Shown here one piece after another: positions 37,388 through 54,089 of a stretch of DNA of 64,000 nt. The notes beneath the pieces are model-generated. The model did no database searches. It saw only the letters and a program-made list of their open reading frames with translations, and had not been told where the DNA came from. Numbering within the stretch: position 1 is the stretch's first letter; the number at the start of each line of letters is the position of its first letter. Source of the stretch: Moniliella sp. 'wahieum'. Taxonomy: Eukaryota. The position numbers and the translations under genes were made by a program. Location: positions 248,001-312,000 of the forward strand of contig RSEE01000037.1 of the NCBI GenBank assembly GCA_003971905.1, given 5' to 3'.

Positions 37388-40270
37388 ATGCAAGTTCGTG
37401 ACAAAGAAGAGGCCACGGACGAGGGCAAGGACAACATCACAGAGGGCCAGCTTCCTCTTCCCTATACGCTGGACCATGAGGCTGCGTTTGGCGACATGGA
37501 ACGCGACATCCGCCACGAAATCACCGATGGTCGGATCAACGATCCCAACCTCGAACCTGCCCTGCTTCGCGAAGCGGATCGTGCGCTGAACAAGGGCGAT
37601 GAGAAGGCCGAGTTGCGACTGGAGGATGTGATCGAAGACGACTCCATTTACCCTGAGGTTCGCGCCGCTGTCAGCAACGTCGATGACCCTACCATGAAGG
37701 CCAACACCTTCCGCGCCTGGTTCATTGGGATGATTGCCTGCACGGTGCTCAGTGGTATCAACATGTACTTCTCGGCTCAGTGCGTCTTTAACCTCCCGCA
37801 GTTCTCCTTCGCAGTGATATGCTCTTAATTGTTCTAACTCTCCCGTCTCCCCCCTCCCTTCCCCTCCAACTTAACACACACACAGTGGCCCGTGATCACA
37901 TTTCCTTCGATTGCAGTGCAATTGTTTGCCTACCCCATTGGTGTGGCCATGGCTAATATTCCTACCCGCGCAACTGGCCCCTGGCGGACTGGTTCAACCC
38001 GGGACCCTTTAATATCAAGGAGCACACCATGATCTCGGTCATGGCCACCGTTGGTGTCGGCTCCGCATACAGTACCGACATTTTCATCACGCAGCACGCC
38101 TTTTATGGTCAGCATTTGACTGCCGGATACATGATCATGCTCACCCTGTCCACGCAGATGATTGGCTTTTCATACGCCGGCTTCTGTCGCCAGGTCCTCG
38201 TCTGGCCGGCGTCCATGATCTGGCCCATGAACCTGACCAACACGGCCTTCCTCAATTCCATGCACGAAAAGCAAAAGATCGGCAGCTTCCGGGGCTGGTC
38301 CCGGTTCAAGATGTTTTCCGTTGGTGGCCTCATCCTCTTCTTTTGGGAAATTGTGCCGGCCTACCTCTTTACTGGCCTGTCTGTTTTTTCCTGGCCGACC
38401 TGGGCCGCCCCCAAGAACAAGGGCGTGAACGTCGTTTTTGGTGGCTCCGGCGGCATTGGCTTCAACTTCATCTCGCTGGACTGGATGCAGGTTACCAGTG
38501 CCCTTGGTTCGCCTATCTATGTACCTTGGTTTGCTATCGTCAACACGATTGTGGGCTACGTGCTGATCATTGGTTTTGTGGCGCCGCTTTTGTGGGCTAC
38601 CAATGCACGGTACACTGGTTACCTCAGCTTCAGCAATAATGGCATTTACGACCGCTTTGGCCAAACGTACTCGGTGGATTATGTGGTCGACGAGAACTTC
38701 GACTTGGACTTGGACAAGTACATGAGCTACTCCAAGGAGTACATGAGCGCGGTACGTCCTCTCGGATTACTCTTGCTTTAGTTCATCTTTGTCGAGGCTT
38801 CTCGAGTTCGTCAGTTCGTTCCCATACTTACTTTCAGTCTTTCTCTCCGACAGACATTCATTATCTGCTATGCCGTCAGCTTTGGTGTCATCACCTCAAC
38901 CATCTCCCAGGTCGCTCTCTTCTACTGGAACGACATTGTGCGTCAGGTCAGGCGTTCCCTTCATGAGGAACCGGACATCCACGCTCGTCTTATGTCGCGG
39001 TACAAGGAAGTGCCCTACTTGTGGTACGCTGCCACGTTTTTGATTTCGTTTGGCATGGCAGTGCCCTCTATTTACGTCTACCACACACAGTTGCCCATCT
39101 GGATGTTGATCGTGGCACTGTTGATGAGTGCGGTGTACACTATTCCCATTGGCATCATCGCCGCCGTCACCTCGAACGTCCCCGGGCTGAACGTGATCAG
39201 TGAGCTGATTGTGGGCTATGCCTTGCCTGGGAGACCAGTGGCGATGATGATTTTCAAGACGTACGGGTACATCACCATGGCGCAGTCGGTTACGTTCCTG
39301 CAAGACCTTAAGCTGGGTCATTACATGAAGGTCCCCCCGCGTGACATGTTTTGGGCCCAGATCATTTCCACTATTTGGGCGTGTATTGTCCAGGTTGGCG
39401 TTACCGCTTTCCTCTTCAAAACCACGCGCAACTTCTGCGGTGTCAATCCCAACGAGAAGATCAGTCCTGTTCACTTTACTTGCGCCTCGCAGAAAACGTT
39501 CTATTCTGGTCCGTCCTCCCTCCCCCCTTCATCTCCTCCACGGTTCCACAGCTAAGACACTGACCCTCCTCCCCTTTCGTATTCTCAGCGAGTATCATCT
39601 GGGGTCTCATCGGGCCTGCCCGTACGTTTGCTGTGGGTCGACCTATGGTGCTTTGAACGTCATGTTCATTATCGGCGCATTGATCCCGGTCCCGACTTGG
39701 ATGCTGGCCAAGAAGTACCCCAACTCGTGGTTCCGCTTAATCAACTGGCCTGTGCTTTTGGGTGCGACAGGCATGATGCCCCCCGCGACCGGGATCAACT
39801 TTACCTCCTGGTTCTTGGTTGGGTGGTTCTTCCAACACTTCCTTCGGCGCCACTACTTTGAGTTCTGGTCGGACTACAATTATGTCCTTTCTGCCGGTTC
39901 GATGCTGGCAGCTCCCTCATGTCATTCTTGGTGAGCGTATGCCTCGAACTGGCCAACACTCGTGACCTCGCGGTGGACAACGTGTTCAATGGCGAAAATC
40001 TGGTGGGGCAACCGCATTGAAACCGAGACACTCCAAGGTGCCGTAGAGCTGGTCAGCAAGACGGTCCCTGAACTCGGATTCGCTCCGGCCCCTAACGGCC
40101 TTTGGCTCCCTAACCCATCCCGCCTTCGTCAGGATCAAGTTAACGAGCTGAAGTCTTGCTTTCCCCCCCCTCCCCCTCCCCCTCTAGTATTGTCTACCAT
40201 CCGCTTTACTCATGCCGCGTCGCACACCGACGTATGCAGGCATCAGACCATCCTTCCGTTTCTGATATAA
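37388..40270 (+). CDS. OPT-family oligopeptide transporter (three introns; 3' end approximate)
   Basis: SIYPEVRAAVSNVDDP...NTFRAW, NPGPFNIKEH, VWPASMIWP, DIHARLM, KTYGY...QDLKLGHYMKVPPR, YNYVLSA. Confidence 0.93.
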
Positions 40271-40544
40271 GATGTCTGCCTGACTTTGAATCCCACCGTT
40301 TTTATAAGCCACGGTTCCCTTCTGCTCTCGCAGAGGCTTTTATCTCTTTTACCTGTTTTCGTTTTCTGGCTGCCACCGGTCCTTTCCTTCCTGGTGTTGA
40401 TCTGCCATCGTTTTATGATCTGGATGCGGCTGGGCCGATTGTTTAGACATGTTTTTCGGGAGATGAGAGAGTGGTACGAAGGGATACGGAGGAAGTGTGG
40501 AAGTGCAGTGTGCCAGCGGGCATAGATCGCCTGCTGCAGATCAC

Positions 40545-40857
40545 GTCCATTTCATTGACAGAGCTTTTAAGGCTGGGACAGGGGGAACGCTACGTCTAAA
40601 CCTAACCGTTCATCTTGCGGGGGTTACTTGGAAGCGCTACCAAGGTTAAGGAACCAGCGGGATCGCCAGGATATCAGGACCCTCCGGTTCTCACCATCCG
40701 GTCCCGTACCCTAGGAAGCGCGTGTGGACACGGAGGAACGTGTGGTTGACATCCGAGCGAGGAACCATTGCCACTGAGACTTCGTAGCCAACTCCTTCCA
40801 ATGCGCAAACAACTTGTCCGCCGTCTTGGTGCCGTAGTATCCTCGTATCGTCAAAAC
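40545..40857 (-). mobile_element. 5'-truncated CRE/RLE-type non-LTR fragment (copy 3, more diverged)
   Basis: Homologous to 8719-9026 with the same 3' terminus. Confidence 0.75.
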
Positions 40858-41565
40858 ACGACGGAGATACGACTCTTACAATAGTGACGCGCTGACGGAA
40901 GAACGGAAAAGCCCGCGCGCGGTGAAAAAAAAAAAACAAGAAGCGAAACATTCAAACATCGGTGAGCCGCTGACGCCGAGCTATCAGGCTGATGTCGATG
41001 AGTGCGCTTGATCGATGGGGCACTGCGGGGACAGTGACATGGGGCACAGGGGCGCGTGACGCGTGACGCGTGACGCGTGACATGTGAGCCAGAGACCAGG
41101 GCTAGTACATTTCAGATTTCATAGCCGCATTCACGGGATGATATATGATAGCACTAGGGCAGTTCACAGTTCCCATTTGGGCTCGACGAGCCCTGCTTGG
41201 CGTCATGCATCATGCGTCACGCGTCACGTTTCTTGGTCCGCCTCTTTTCTTGATCTCTCCTTCTCTACCACAGACGTGCCGCTACCGTGACCTCATCGCA
41301 AGCACCAACTGTTCGAGTCCATACACTCTATCTGGCGCTTCTCTTTCACCGCTTTGCTGGCATCGATAGCCAGGCGGGTCCGTGGCTTTCTGCAGAGTGC
41401 TTGAGTGGGACTCGAAAGTACCCACAGGGGCTCATCATCAACAAAACTGGCTATACAAGCAATTTCGAAAGAAGCAAGTCGGGAAAAGGTAAAGCGGCTA
41501 CTAACCGCAAGCTTCAAGTCTATAAGCACGTCTATCCGGATGGGAGAAATGAGGCAGGAGTAGAC

Positions 41566-41613
41566 AGAGAAGGAAGTTGAGCGAGCAGGGGCGCTCAGCC
41601 TGCGAGGGGAACG
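41566..41613 (+). repeat. Partial diverged copy of the 10050/54603 dispersed repeat
   Basis: agagaaggaagttgagcgagcaggggcgctcagcctgcgaggggaacgc aligns with 10055-10100. Confidence 0.5.
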
Positions 41614-42177
41614 CAGGGAGGCGCTTTTTTGTTCAACCGTTCGAGAGAGGATCAAATTAGCCGAAGATCTGTTCTACTTATCATGTTTGGCGACCATGGT
41701 TGTCCAAGGACGGCAGAAAAACCTAGTAGGATCGCGCAATTTCCCGAAAAAGGGGAATACCGCATTACTGCCTCATGTGTAGCCACCACTAATACCGCTT
41801 CCCCATATCTCTCTGGACCCTCAGAGGCCGATGGGGCATGTGGTTGTGTACATATCTCACATCTCGTTAGCCTACGATCCATGTTCGTGGTGGACATCCC
41901 GAGGAGAATCCACAGATGGTGACGGAGCTAGAGGACACAACCAATGAATGACCATAGACCATAGACCATCGCTATTGTTTTGGTTGGTATCAACCAGTCA
42001 CCACAAGATGTGGTGGAAATGTGGTGGGGGCTTGTAAGGCACACTGCTATGTGCAAAAGTGGTCGATGATCAACGAGGTAGCCGGTGGGTGGAACAACGC
42101 ACCGGCAAAAACAACGCGAGGCGGCCGGGATTTGCCTTTTTGGAAACATACCGATGAAAGGGAGGATGCCATCCAAT

Positions 42178-42960
42178 TTAGACACTTGCCAGAGGGGTGG
42201 GCTCGACAAACTCGGCGCTCTTGACCTTGGCACCCAAGTCCTCAGCACCCACAACGTTGGCCGCACCCCCGTGAAGCTCAACCAGACGAGACACGTCAAA
42301 CTTGGGCTTCTTGATGATCTTGACCTTGTGGACGAAGACGTCCTTAAGGGGGTAGATGCCGCGGGTCGACTTCTCGATCTCACGGCCAATGACCTCGGGG
42401 ATCAGCTTCTGAACAAGCTCCTTGATGTCGCACGTCTCGATCTCGCGCTTGATGATCTGGAACATCTTTTGCCGGATGGCGCGCACCTGGGCCGATTGGG
42501 CGTAGGTGGTCTTGGAGACGCTGTTGGAACGGCGCTTAGTGAATGCGATGACAAAGAGACGCACAACGTAGCCGTCGGTCAGCTTGACGTCCTGGTGGGC
42601 CTCAATAGTCGTCTGCCACTTGCGAACAAGAGAACGAATCTTGTCGGTCGTGAAGTTCATCGAGTGGAAGTTGGTCAGGCAGGACCGTCCCTGGACTTCA
42701 TCGACCCGGAGGGAGAACTTGCGGAAGGACTGCTCCTCGTCCTTGTTCAAGTCGGCCAGCGAGGCCTCGACAATGCGGCCCTTGAGCGAGTCGTTGGCGT
42801 TCACCAGACCCTGGGACTTGTTGACAATCGTCTTGCCCACAGTGCGGTTGTCGAAGAAGGTCGGTGCCCGAATGTCGTGCCACACCTTGCGCGACATAGG
42901 GTCGACCGTCTTCTTCTTCATGCCCTTCTTGCCCAGCTTCTTGTTCTTGCCAATCGCCAT
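42178..42960 (-). CDS. RPS1: 40S ribosomal protein eS1 (S3a)
   Basis: Intact 260-aa [28 protein letters not shown]...[20 protein letters not shown]. Confidence 0.98.
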   Translation of the reverse strand: MAIGKNKKLGKKGMKKKTVDPMSRKVWHDIRAPTFFDNRTVGKTIVNKSQGLVNANDSLKGRIVEASLADLNKDEEQSFRKFSLRVDEVQGRSCLTNFHSMNFTTDKIRSLVRKWQTTIEAHQDVKLTDGYVVRLFVIAFTKRRSNSVSKTTYAQSAQVRAIRQKMFQIIKREIETCDIKELVQKLIPEVIGREIEKSTRGIYPLKDVFVHKVKIIKKPKFDVSRLVELHGGAANVVGAEDLGAKVKSAEFVEPTPLASV

Positions 42961-43931
42961 CTGGATACCGGGTCAACAGTCGACGAGAGCCACGAGCTGG
43001 ACGAGAAGCCAAGGCAAAGTGGAAAGCCATGGCATGTAACCCTACATCAGGACAGTAGGGTTGGCACTGGCACACTACCAGCATGGGGTGAGTGTTACGA
43101 TGGGCTCAATGCCGCAGCGTGGTATTCCGCCCTTCCGACTGCATAGGGCTTGGAAACATTGGCAGCAATGGATATGAACATTTCATACACCGTCCAACCA
43201 ATTTGTGTGAGCGTTCTGTTTGCAGCTGTTCGCACGCGCGTGCATCGACAGAGCCGGCGCGGATCAAACCGACCCCGAGTTGAGTGCGTATCTCGTCAAC
43301 CCCAACACAGTCTCTTACAACCACAGGAAGGCCGCGCCGCTTCCGGTGTGCGGGAGCGCACAGATACTGAGAGAGAAATGGACCACAGCTCAGCTCCTCT
43401 CGAAAAAAAGGGCATCAGTCAGAGAGAAAAGCACAACGGCGCTGTTGTCAGTGGCCACACACCCGCTAGCTTGCGAGGTTGCATTGACGTGGCGACAATC
43501 AGCGCAGAAGAGAGGATTCTGGTATATATTAGGCAAGTGTACTCTAACTTTCCCATTCGCGCACAACTTCGTTGGAACTTCCCTCTATTCACACCCCGCC
43601 ATGATGAACAATTGGAGGGGAGTGTAGAGACATCCAGCGATTCCATTGGTAGGGTCACAGGAAGTGAGATGTGGAATATGAAACGGTAGACTATATGGTG
43701 AAGGATGAACGTGAACCGTAGCCGTCTGTCTACACGGGGACAGGCTGGGGCTAAGCCCCACATGCAAAGCAGATCGACGGTAAACCGGCACCATGCATCA
43801 ATGTATAGGGCACGCCGACCAGGCCGTATAGGGCTGGTGGTCCCTTGGTTCAGAAAAATATTTTTCTTGTCCTCCGAAATAAGGCGAATCAAGGTGTGCC
43901 ACCGGGAAGGATGAGATGTACAGCACTTTTG

Positions 43932-46782
43932 CTAGTTGGTGTGCGCCACCCACGCATCATTGAGTGCAGCAAACGCCCCAGCAGCAAGCATGCGATGCTC
44001 CAGCTCGTCGACGTTGCGAGCTTGTCGGGATGCAGGCGGGAGATTGTCTTCATGTACGCCTTCTTGACCTGCACGTCAGTCACAAGTTGGTCATGCCGAC
44101 CTTGGGTGGCGCAAAGGGCGTGTTGCCCACCACAGTATCCACCGAGCCCAACAGAGCACGAATGTTGGTTTCCTTGCCCGCCTTCCACGCTGTCAGCTTG
44201 GCATCGACCCCATCCTTGAGCGCCAGGCGCTGAGCATCTTCCCCTTCCTTGCCTGTGCAGCTTCGCGGAACTTGGCCCGCGCCGCAGCACTGGCCCGCTC
44301 ACCTGCAGCACGCACACTGGCCGCATCCCGTGTCGACACGGGCGCAGGTTTGCTAGGCGCAGCCGAACGAGACGAGGTAGGATGGATCGCAGCATCACAG
44401 CGTCCCAGCCCTTCCGTTGCGGATCGGCTTCTCATCGCTGCCCCCGATCCCGCACCATGCGCTCGCTCAAACTTTTGCAACGCAAGCCATGCCTTGCGAG
44501 CGGACACATATTTCTCCGCCGCCTCGGCTGCCTGGGCATAGCGCATCAACGCTTTACCCCATGCATCGGACAGTGACACATCTCCAGCCAGCTCGGCAGG
44601 CAGCGGAGTTCGTTTGTGGGAGACCATGCTTCGGGAGCGAGCAGCGTGTCGATGGACTGAACGCCAGTTGGTGGGCTGGGCGCACCCGCCGCAATAAGGC
44701 GGAGAACAGCTTGAGTATCCGTCAAAGCCCCCGGAGCATCTCCGTTATGCAGTCGACAAGCAGCACGATTGTTAAGCACCACCACTCTCCGAAGGCTCTG
44801 TTCCCCCAACGCGGACAGGGCCCGTGTGTATGCCTGTTCGGCATCGCCATACGCCCCACGGCCAAATGCCTCGTTGCCGACTTTCTTGGCCTCGCGCCAC
44901 TTGGCCACCGCTCCAGCTGGGTCGGGGACAACAGAACGGCGGCCCGTTGTTGGGGTGGAGAGTCGGCCGGGGGGTAGAGGGCGTCGCTGCACCTGACGCC
45001 GTAGGCGTTGACCCTGGCGTGCGACGACGCCGGGCGGGGGAAACGTAGGCGACGTTTCCTCTGCAACCTTGAGTCGAGAAGACATTGCCAATGCTTGTAC
45101 TGGGAGAAGGGCTAGGCTTGGCTGCCGCCGCGGCTGTCGAAGGCACGCGTTGCTCCGGGCGCCGTGAAGGCAAAGCAGGCGCTGATTCCATATCGTCATG
45201 GAATGTCGGACCCGCCACAGAAACAGGATGTTCCGAAACCGAAGTCGAAGTCGAATTCGGGGTGGGTGGACGCCTGCTTGAACCATCCATTGGGCCGACC
45301 GTCAGCGGGCGTGGTTGACTCCGGACACATCCTCCTGTCCTCCCGCGGCTGACATCCACTTGGGCAGTCCGTCGGGGGTGGAACCCGCCTTGGGAGCCAT
45401 CCCCTGGGCAGCAGCCAGCTTGCGTTGCCACGACCGAGCCGTCTCAGCAGCTCGGGAGGCCCAGTCTGGTCCTGCGGGAGAGGGGTCCCGCCTAGGGGTG
45501 TCAACGCGTTCTCCACGATGAGGAGTCGGCGATCCCGTCGTGGGAGAGTCGAAGTTTGTCGGGCGAGGTGTTGGACGCGCCCAAGCTGGTCCCTCTGTGG
45601 AGCGAGACGGGTGCTCGTCCAGTGCCTTGCTCACTGACGCTTTGGCTGAACTCCAAAATGAAGTTGCACGGGCAAAGGCAGCCGTGCCAAGCTGAGAAGC
45701 TTGGTCGACTAACTGGGTTTGGATCTGAGCCCAGTCTTGTGTGTGGGCACTATCGTTCTGGTTTCGGTCACCAGGACGAGAAGTGGGATGCGCCTGTCGG
45801 GTTTGCCAAGCGGCAAATTCCTCCGCCATGGTTCGTCGTCCGGAACGTTCTGGAGCTCCTTTCGCTGGGTCTGCCTTGATTCGCCCGTTAGGAATGAATC
45901 AACGGCGCTCTGTACATCACCCTTTGAGCGGACCAAGGCCGCACGGGCCTCAAGCGGATCAAATCCCATCTCGACCAGTTGGCCAACGAGATGGGGAGGA
46001 GGTTCGTACCCGGAACCCTTCCCCTTCCCCTTCTCCTTCCACGCTGGGGCCCTCCCACCCCCAGATGATCGTCAAGGCTCTGGACGCTATCCAGGCTTGT
46101 CCGTTCCCGCGGCGCAGCGCCCAGGTTGCCCCAACCATCGTCCTCGTCGGTTTGGGCCATATCTATTCCGTGCGCAGGGCGGTCAGTGCGCGAAGCGAAT
46201 TCGTTGCGAGAACGATTGGCGCGTTGAGATGCTTCGGCTTCAGCTTTGGCTTGGCTTGGGCCTCGGCCTCCGCCTGCCGCTGACGCAGCACCTCTTCAGG
46301 CGGCTTGCCAGCAGTCCCAAAATATCATCCTCCTCGTCTTCCGTGGTAGCAGGAGGTGCTGCAGGCTGAGTCGAGGGCGCAGACGAAAGGCCAAATACAT
46401 CATCATCCAGCCCGGAGAAACTGAAAGGGTCGGTGGAGGGGGGGCTTGGGGTTGTGCTTGAGCTTGGGCTTGCTGCTGTCGGGCGGCCATAGAGAGAGAC
46501 GCACTGGCCGCCGGTTTGGCGGAGGAGCTGGGCACAGACTGGGCGAAGAGCGAAGCGAACGCATCCTGCCCGGCAGAGGCCTTTGACTGGGGGGCATTGG
46601 GGGTGGGGCTCGGGCGAGGCGTGGACTGGGGCACGAGGGGGCGCAGGTGGACGAGGGTTGGCCGCGGGACAGGCCATCAAAGCTGTTTCCATTGCCCATC
46701 GGCGGTGGGCGCGCGGAGGGGGCGCGGCGCTGGACGGGGTCGGTGCGCCTGTGCCGAGGCTGAGTCCGAGGAGGTCGTCCAT
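43932..46782 (-). CDS. SWA2: Auxilin-like clathrin-uncoating factor (UBA, TPR, J domain)
   Basis: MDDLLGL start; UBA MGFDPLEARAALVRSKGDVQSAVD; TPR GNEAFGRGAYGDAEQAYTRAL...NNRAACRL; J domain VKKAYMKTISRLHPDKL. Confidence 0.88.
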
Positions 46783-47297
46783 GGCGGCAGGGTGGGGCAG
46801 ATGGCGGCGGGTGGGTGCGGCGTGAGGACGGGGCGAGGAGCGACGTGGAAGGCGGCCTTCAGCCTCAGCGCGGGCCGCCTGAGGAGAAGGGCGCGGCGGA
46901 AGGTGACGTTGCAATTGAAAATCGCCCGTTCGGTTCATGATGCATGGGCATGATGCATGATCGTGATCGATCGATATCGATGCATCAATGCACGTGGAAG
47001 ATGCTGACATCACGCACCACTGCATCCCATGCCCAATCCACCTCCCTGTCTATCCCGACGTCCTCATTGCCGACGGCAGCGTTCGTCTGTGTAACAATAT
47101 CCAACAGCGCAGCGGAGGAAGAGGACAGACGCAAGAACAGGAAGGGTGGTCGAGGGAAGCCGACGGGAATGGTCTCTGTGAGCGCGTCTCAATCCTCCAT
47201 CGCGTCGCCAAGTGAATCCGATTATGGTCTGTCTGGGCACTCGCGTCGATGCAAATGTGAATACTTGATTTTGGGGGGTTCTACATGGTGGGTACAG

Positions 47298-50169
47298 TTA
47301 CTTGGTTGCCTGCTTGGCGGCCGACACCAGCGCGACAGCCTCAGCGCGCACGTCGGCATTGGCATGGCGACCAGCAGATGGATCTCCCATGCCGACATGC
47401 CCGAGGCCAGCACATGCGCCATATCGGGCGAGTCGGTAATCCCATCGTACCGCCCATCCGCGCCCGGTCCTCGCCATCAAACAGCGCCGCCAAACGCATC
47501 GCGGGCGAGCATCACGTTGATCATCCGGAGTGCGCGCGTCGCCGTCATGGCAGGCCACTGGATTGACGACGTCAAAAGACGCTTGGCAAACGCTGCCCCC
47601 CGCTGGAGCGGCAGCATGCACAGATGGACGCAGCAGTACAAGTCCAGTGTGCGGAAGAGAGCTCGCTGCTGCTAACGCACATGCGTTGGTCCCGCCCGGC
47701 GGAACCGCAGCTTACCATGCCGCGCAGGTGCCTCCTCCAGCGCCCGTGCTCAACGTGGCCAACTGAGAGTCCGTACAATGATTTACCATGTCCGAGAGGT
47801 CGATATTGAGTGCAGCCCCTTGGCCTGACAAGAGTTTCAAACGCCGTAGACAGGCAGAGAAGGGAATCGTGCAGACGAGCCTCAAACGGTCCACGGCCAC
47901 CCAGAGGGTCCTCCCCCACCTTGAATGTCATCCTCCTCCTCTCTCCAGCCAGAGCCGCCTCGGCCTCGTTTCGTGTCCGCTCGACGTGCACTCGCAGCAC
48001 AGCCAGCAAGTCACGGAAAAAGTCCACATTGATCCGGTGGGCATACACCGATAAACCCTCAGCCGATCCCAACAGCGAAGAGGGTACGTCTTGCGCTTTC
48101 AGGATGCTAAAGTAAAGGACAAATAGGAGTTTGAGCGTCTCGGTTTGCTTAAAAAAGAAGCAGTTCAGTAAAGATCGAAGGGGGGAACGGAAGGAAACCG
48201 TGCAGAATACTTACATGCCTAGCCCGTTCCTCAACATCAACCTCACGTCCGCCTCTGCCATTTCCTTCTCGATCCCCTTCAGTTCGCGCTGGCGTTTGAT
48301 CTCCTTCTTGCTTAGTGCATGACCCTCTGACTTGCGTAGCTCAGCCGCCTTGAGCTTTTTACTATTCGGTAAGTCCGAAGTTGTTGTCGATGCACGGGTC
48401 ACTCCCAGCTCAGTTCTCAAACGGGTGAAAGAAATCGAGAATGGCCGCATGAACTTGGTACCGACGCTCCTTGATCATACGATGCAACAAACGAACCACC
48501 CTCGAGACTAATGTCGCCCCCGTGGTCGGCCTTGAGGAGTTCAATAAGTGTTTGTGGCGCACAGTTCCGTCACAGGCGTCCAAGACGCACGGGAGAGACA
48601 GCAACACAACACGAATGATGTTGGTTCGATAGTTGAATTGTGGCTCGCGGAGCAACAGTGTGGTCAGAGCCCGTATCCCAATGGGCATCAAGTCAGACTT
48701 GGGATGCTTGACCAAGTCTTCGCACAATTCCAAAAAGTCGCGGTAGACTTGCAGGATGCCCTGCTCAAACTCGCGCCGGCGGCGCACTTCGTGAGACACC
48801 GACTCGGTCTGCTCTTGCTCCGACAAGGGGCGAATGCGGTACCCGGGCAGGATGTCACTAAAGACAGCCATAAGAGTTAACACGGCCCGCGGCGCGAATG
48901 GCATCGTCAACAGGGATCGGCTTCAACGCGCGTGCCCGTTCAGGATCCGCTTCAATACCAGCTGCCCCGGCACCAGCAGTAACCTTAGGGGGGCGAATGG
49001 CAGGGCGGGCGAAAACGATCATGCGACGGACCAAGCCGATCGAGCTTTCCTCTGGGTCGGCCATAACCGTCTGGGCAAGACGAGCAAGTTGCTCGCGTGC
49101 GGCGGCAATCCGCTTGGATCGAGACGAGAGTCGCATCACTGCATACGGCGCCAACATGCCGAACCGAGAGCCAGTAGTAATGCTTGGATGGGGCATAGCT
49201 GCCGCTGCCAGCGCGCTTGTTTCTCGGCTGGGTCCTCCTCTCGGATTCAGACTCAGACTCGGGGAGCTCAATTGGCTTGCGTACGGTCGGCCTTGAGGTG
49301 TCTCCTCCTCCTCTTCGTCTGACCCAACCTGCATCTTGGACTCCCACCCTTCCTCGCGCGAATAGGCAAACGAGCTCGCTTGGCAAGCTTGGCTGCCGCA
49401 GCTCATCTTCCTTGCGTTTGCGCTTCGCCTGAGCAGCCCTCTGCTGGATGCGTTTGTCCTCGCGAGCCTCCTCGTCTTCGTCGGATAGGTCAGAGTCAGA
49501 TCCCTGGTCAGACGAAGTGACAGAGTCGTTAGACTCTGCATCGTCCGAAGACGCATCCTCATCTTGAGCCGCATCATCACTGTACTCGTAAACATCCGAG
49601 CCCAGATCCACGTCCGAGTCCAACTCGTCCTCAAACTCCGTCTCGTACGCGTCCTCCCCCGATTCCTCGTCGTCTTCAGCCTGGCCCGAAGCAGACGGGC
49701 GACTTGCGGGCAAGTTTTGGCCGCCTTGAGTTCCGACCTTTGGTCTTTGCGCTCTTGCTTTTGATGCGCTCCAATTCAGCTCGGGACGTACTGATCGCAT
49801 TCACATCATCGAGGTTAAAAAATTCATGTTGGTGGCGCGGCCGTTTGCCTTGGCCTTGGCCTTGGGGTTGGGACGGGATGACGAGGAAGCAGACTCGGCA
49901 CTGTCCGATGCATAATCGACCATATCCTCAGCATCAGAGACCAGCGCATCTTCTTCTTCGTCCCCTTGCTCCTCGTCGTCATGGGTGTCATCGAGCTCAG
50001 CGTCCGAGGCGTCCGCCTCGCGGGCGGCTTGGCGAGCGCGCGCCTTGCTCTTCTGCGTCTTGGTTTTGGGCTTTCCGTTGGTCTTGGGTGCCTGTTTGGC
50101 AGGGAGGGGGATGATGGCCGCTGGCGCGCGGTTGCGGCGTGCCTTGCTTCCAGCGGCTGCGCGCGCCAT
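47298..50169 (-). CDS. NOC3: Nucleolar complex protein 3
   Basis: Acidic N-terminus; VFSDILPGYRIRPLSEQEQ...EFEQGIL, QFNYRTNI, EGLSVYAHRINVDFFRDLL, LNIDLS. Confidence 0.92.
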
Positions 50170-50652
50170 GGTGAGTTCCGATGGTGTTGGACAGCAGAGG
50201 AGACAAGGCGGGGTTAGCTAGCTTCGCTCGGCGGGCACCAAAAAAAAAAGGCAGGCTGATCGGTGCAATAGGCGCACGGGCATTGTTTCAAAAACGCAGT
50301 CCTGTTCCTCTGCCGTAGGATGTCTCCCTCTCCAGGCGTCCGCTCGGTGGCTCCATCCATCACTGAACATCCTAGCACTCGCTCCTTACCCCGCCCTTCT
50401 ACAGACATCTTGGGACGAAGCGGTATCGAAGCGGCCTGTTCAAAGACCCTCCACGCGGGAAACTCGAGTGACCGGAAATATGATGGTTGTGATTGATTGA
50501 AGCTTTTTTGGTAGCCAAGAGTATAGTACGGACGGACAGAACATACTCCTGTGGACGGGATGGGGGAGGGGGGGAAGAAGAGTCAAGACAGGATAAAAAG
50601 GGTATGCAACATGTCGAAAGCGGGCCACGGCGAGGCGGTAGAAGAGATGCGT

Positions 50653-52826
<2,174 letters not shown>

Positions 52827-54089
52827 GGTGTCGTCGATACGCTGGCGGAGGCTGGAGCGGGGGGGGGGGGGGTGCTGGGGGGAGTGGTGGTGGTGGTGGT
52901 GGTGGGGATTAAATGTTAAATGGCATGTCGCTCGACGTTGACGGACTACTTTGGACTGCGCCGCAGAAGCGACGCGTGTTTGGTTGGTCTTGGGTCACTG
53001 TTCGTGATCGCTGATCGGATGATCCTGCTCGGCCGGCGACCGAGGTGGAGCAAGCCGGCGAGCTGGCGCCGTGCGAGGGTGCGGATGCCATCGGAGTCCG
53101 GGGCTGCGTGGCAAGGCTGGAAGGGGCAGCACAGCGTCCGTGTCGCGTCGGAGCAGGCCGCCCCCAGCCACGCACTGGCCTGGAGCCACGAGCATTCTGC
53201 CGTGTGCTGCCAGCTGCACTGCCCCGTGCTGACGCGGCCGGACACTGGGCTGGCCCATGCGGCATGAGGGATGATGCATGATGCATGATGCATGATGCAG
53301 CTGGAGCAAGTGCGCAGCGGCTGTGCTCAAGGCACGGCGCTGTCGGGCGCACCGCCGCCGCAACGCCGCGACGAGCCACTCGGCCGACACCGTCGGAGCG
53401 AACCCCAGCAAACGTTTGGCATTCGCCGCTCCGCTTTGGAACCAGGCGGAGTATGCACGTTGGGTCCCTGAACGACATGATCATGCTTGCAACCTTGAAC
53501 CTTGCGCCACGCGCCACGCATACCCAGTAGCGTCTCCAACCTGTCCTGAGCCTGTTTTGCTTTGCACAAGCCGAACAAAGCAGAAATTAAGCAACTGCGC
53601 CAACAGGCTGACAGGGAGGGAGAGAGAGTAGTACGATTCCGTCGTGGTCCCGCACTCTCAGAGACGCCGAACTGTGAGTCCGTGGATCTACCACACCACC
53701 TATGCACATTCAGGTCCTGGCACGCCACCGCCTCTGACGCCCACATCGATCACCATATCCTTTTCCTGCGGAGGGTGGGGCCTCTCTCATCTCTTTAATG
53801 TTAGCCCTTCCGCCAGTCTGTCATGGGGGGGTCCCGAGGTGGACCCCCTTTAGTTTAGGGGTATAAACCATTGGACAACAGGCCAATGGTGTCTCGTATA
53901 CGTTATAGGTGCTGCTTCAAATCCTGGTTGAACCGAACGGGTGTAAAGGCGAGGGAGAGACCCTCTAGTTTGGGCGGCTGCCTGCGTACAAAGGCCGCAG
54001 CTCAGACCCTCCGAGGTAGGAGCCGCGGACGTAGGGGTTAGACCAGTTGAAGGGGTCCAGGAGCTCCGAAGTTACTCTGTTCCTCGCAG

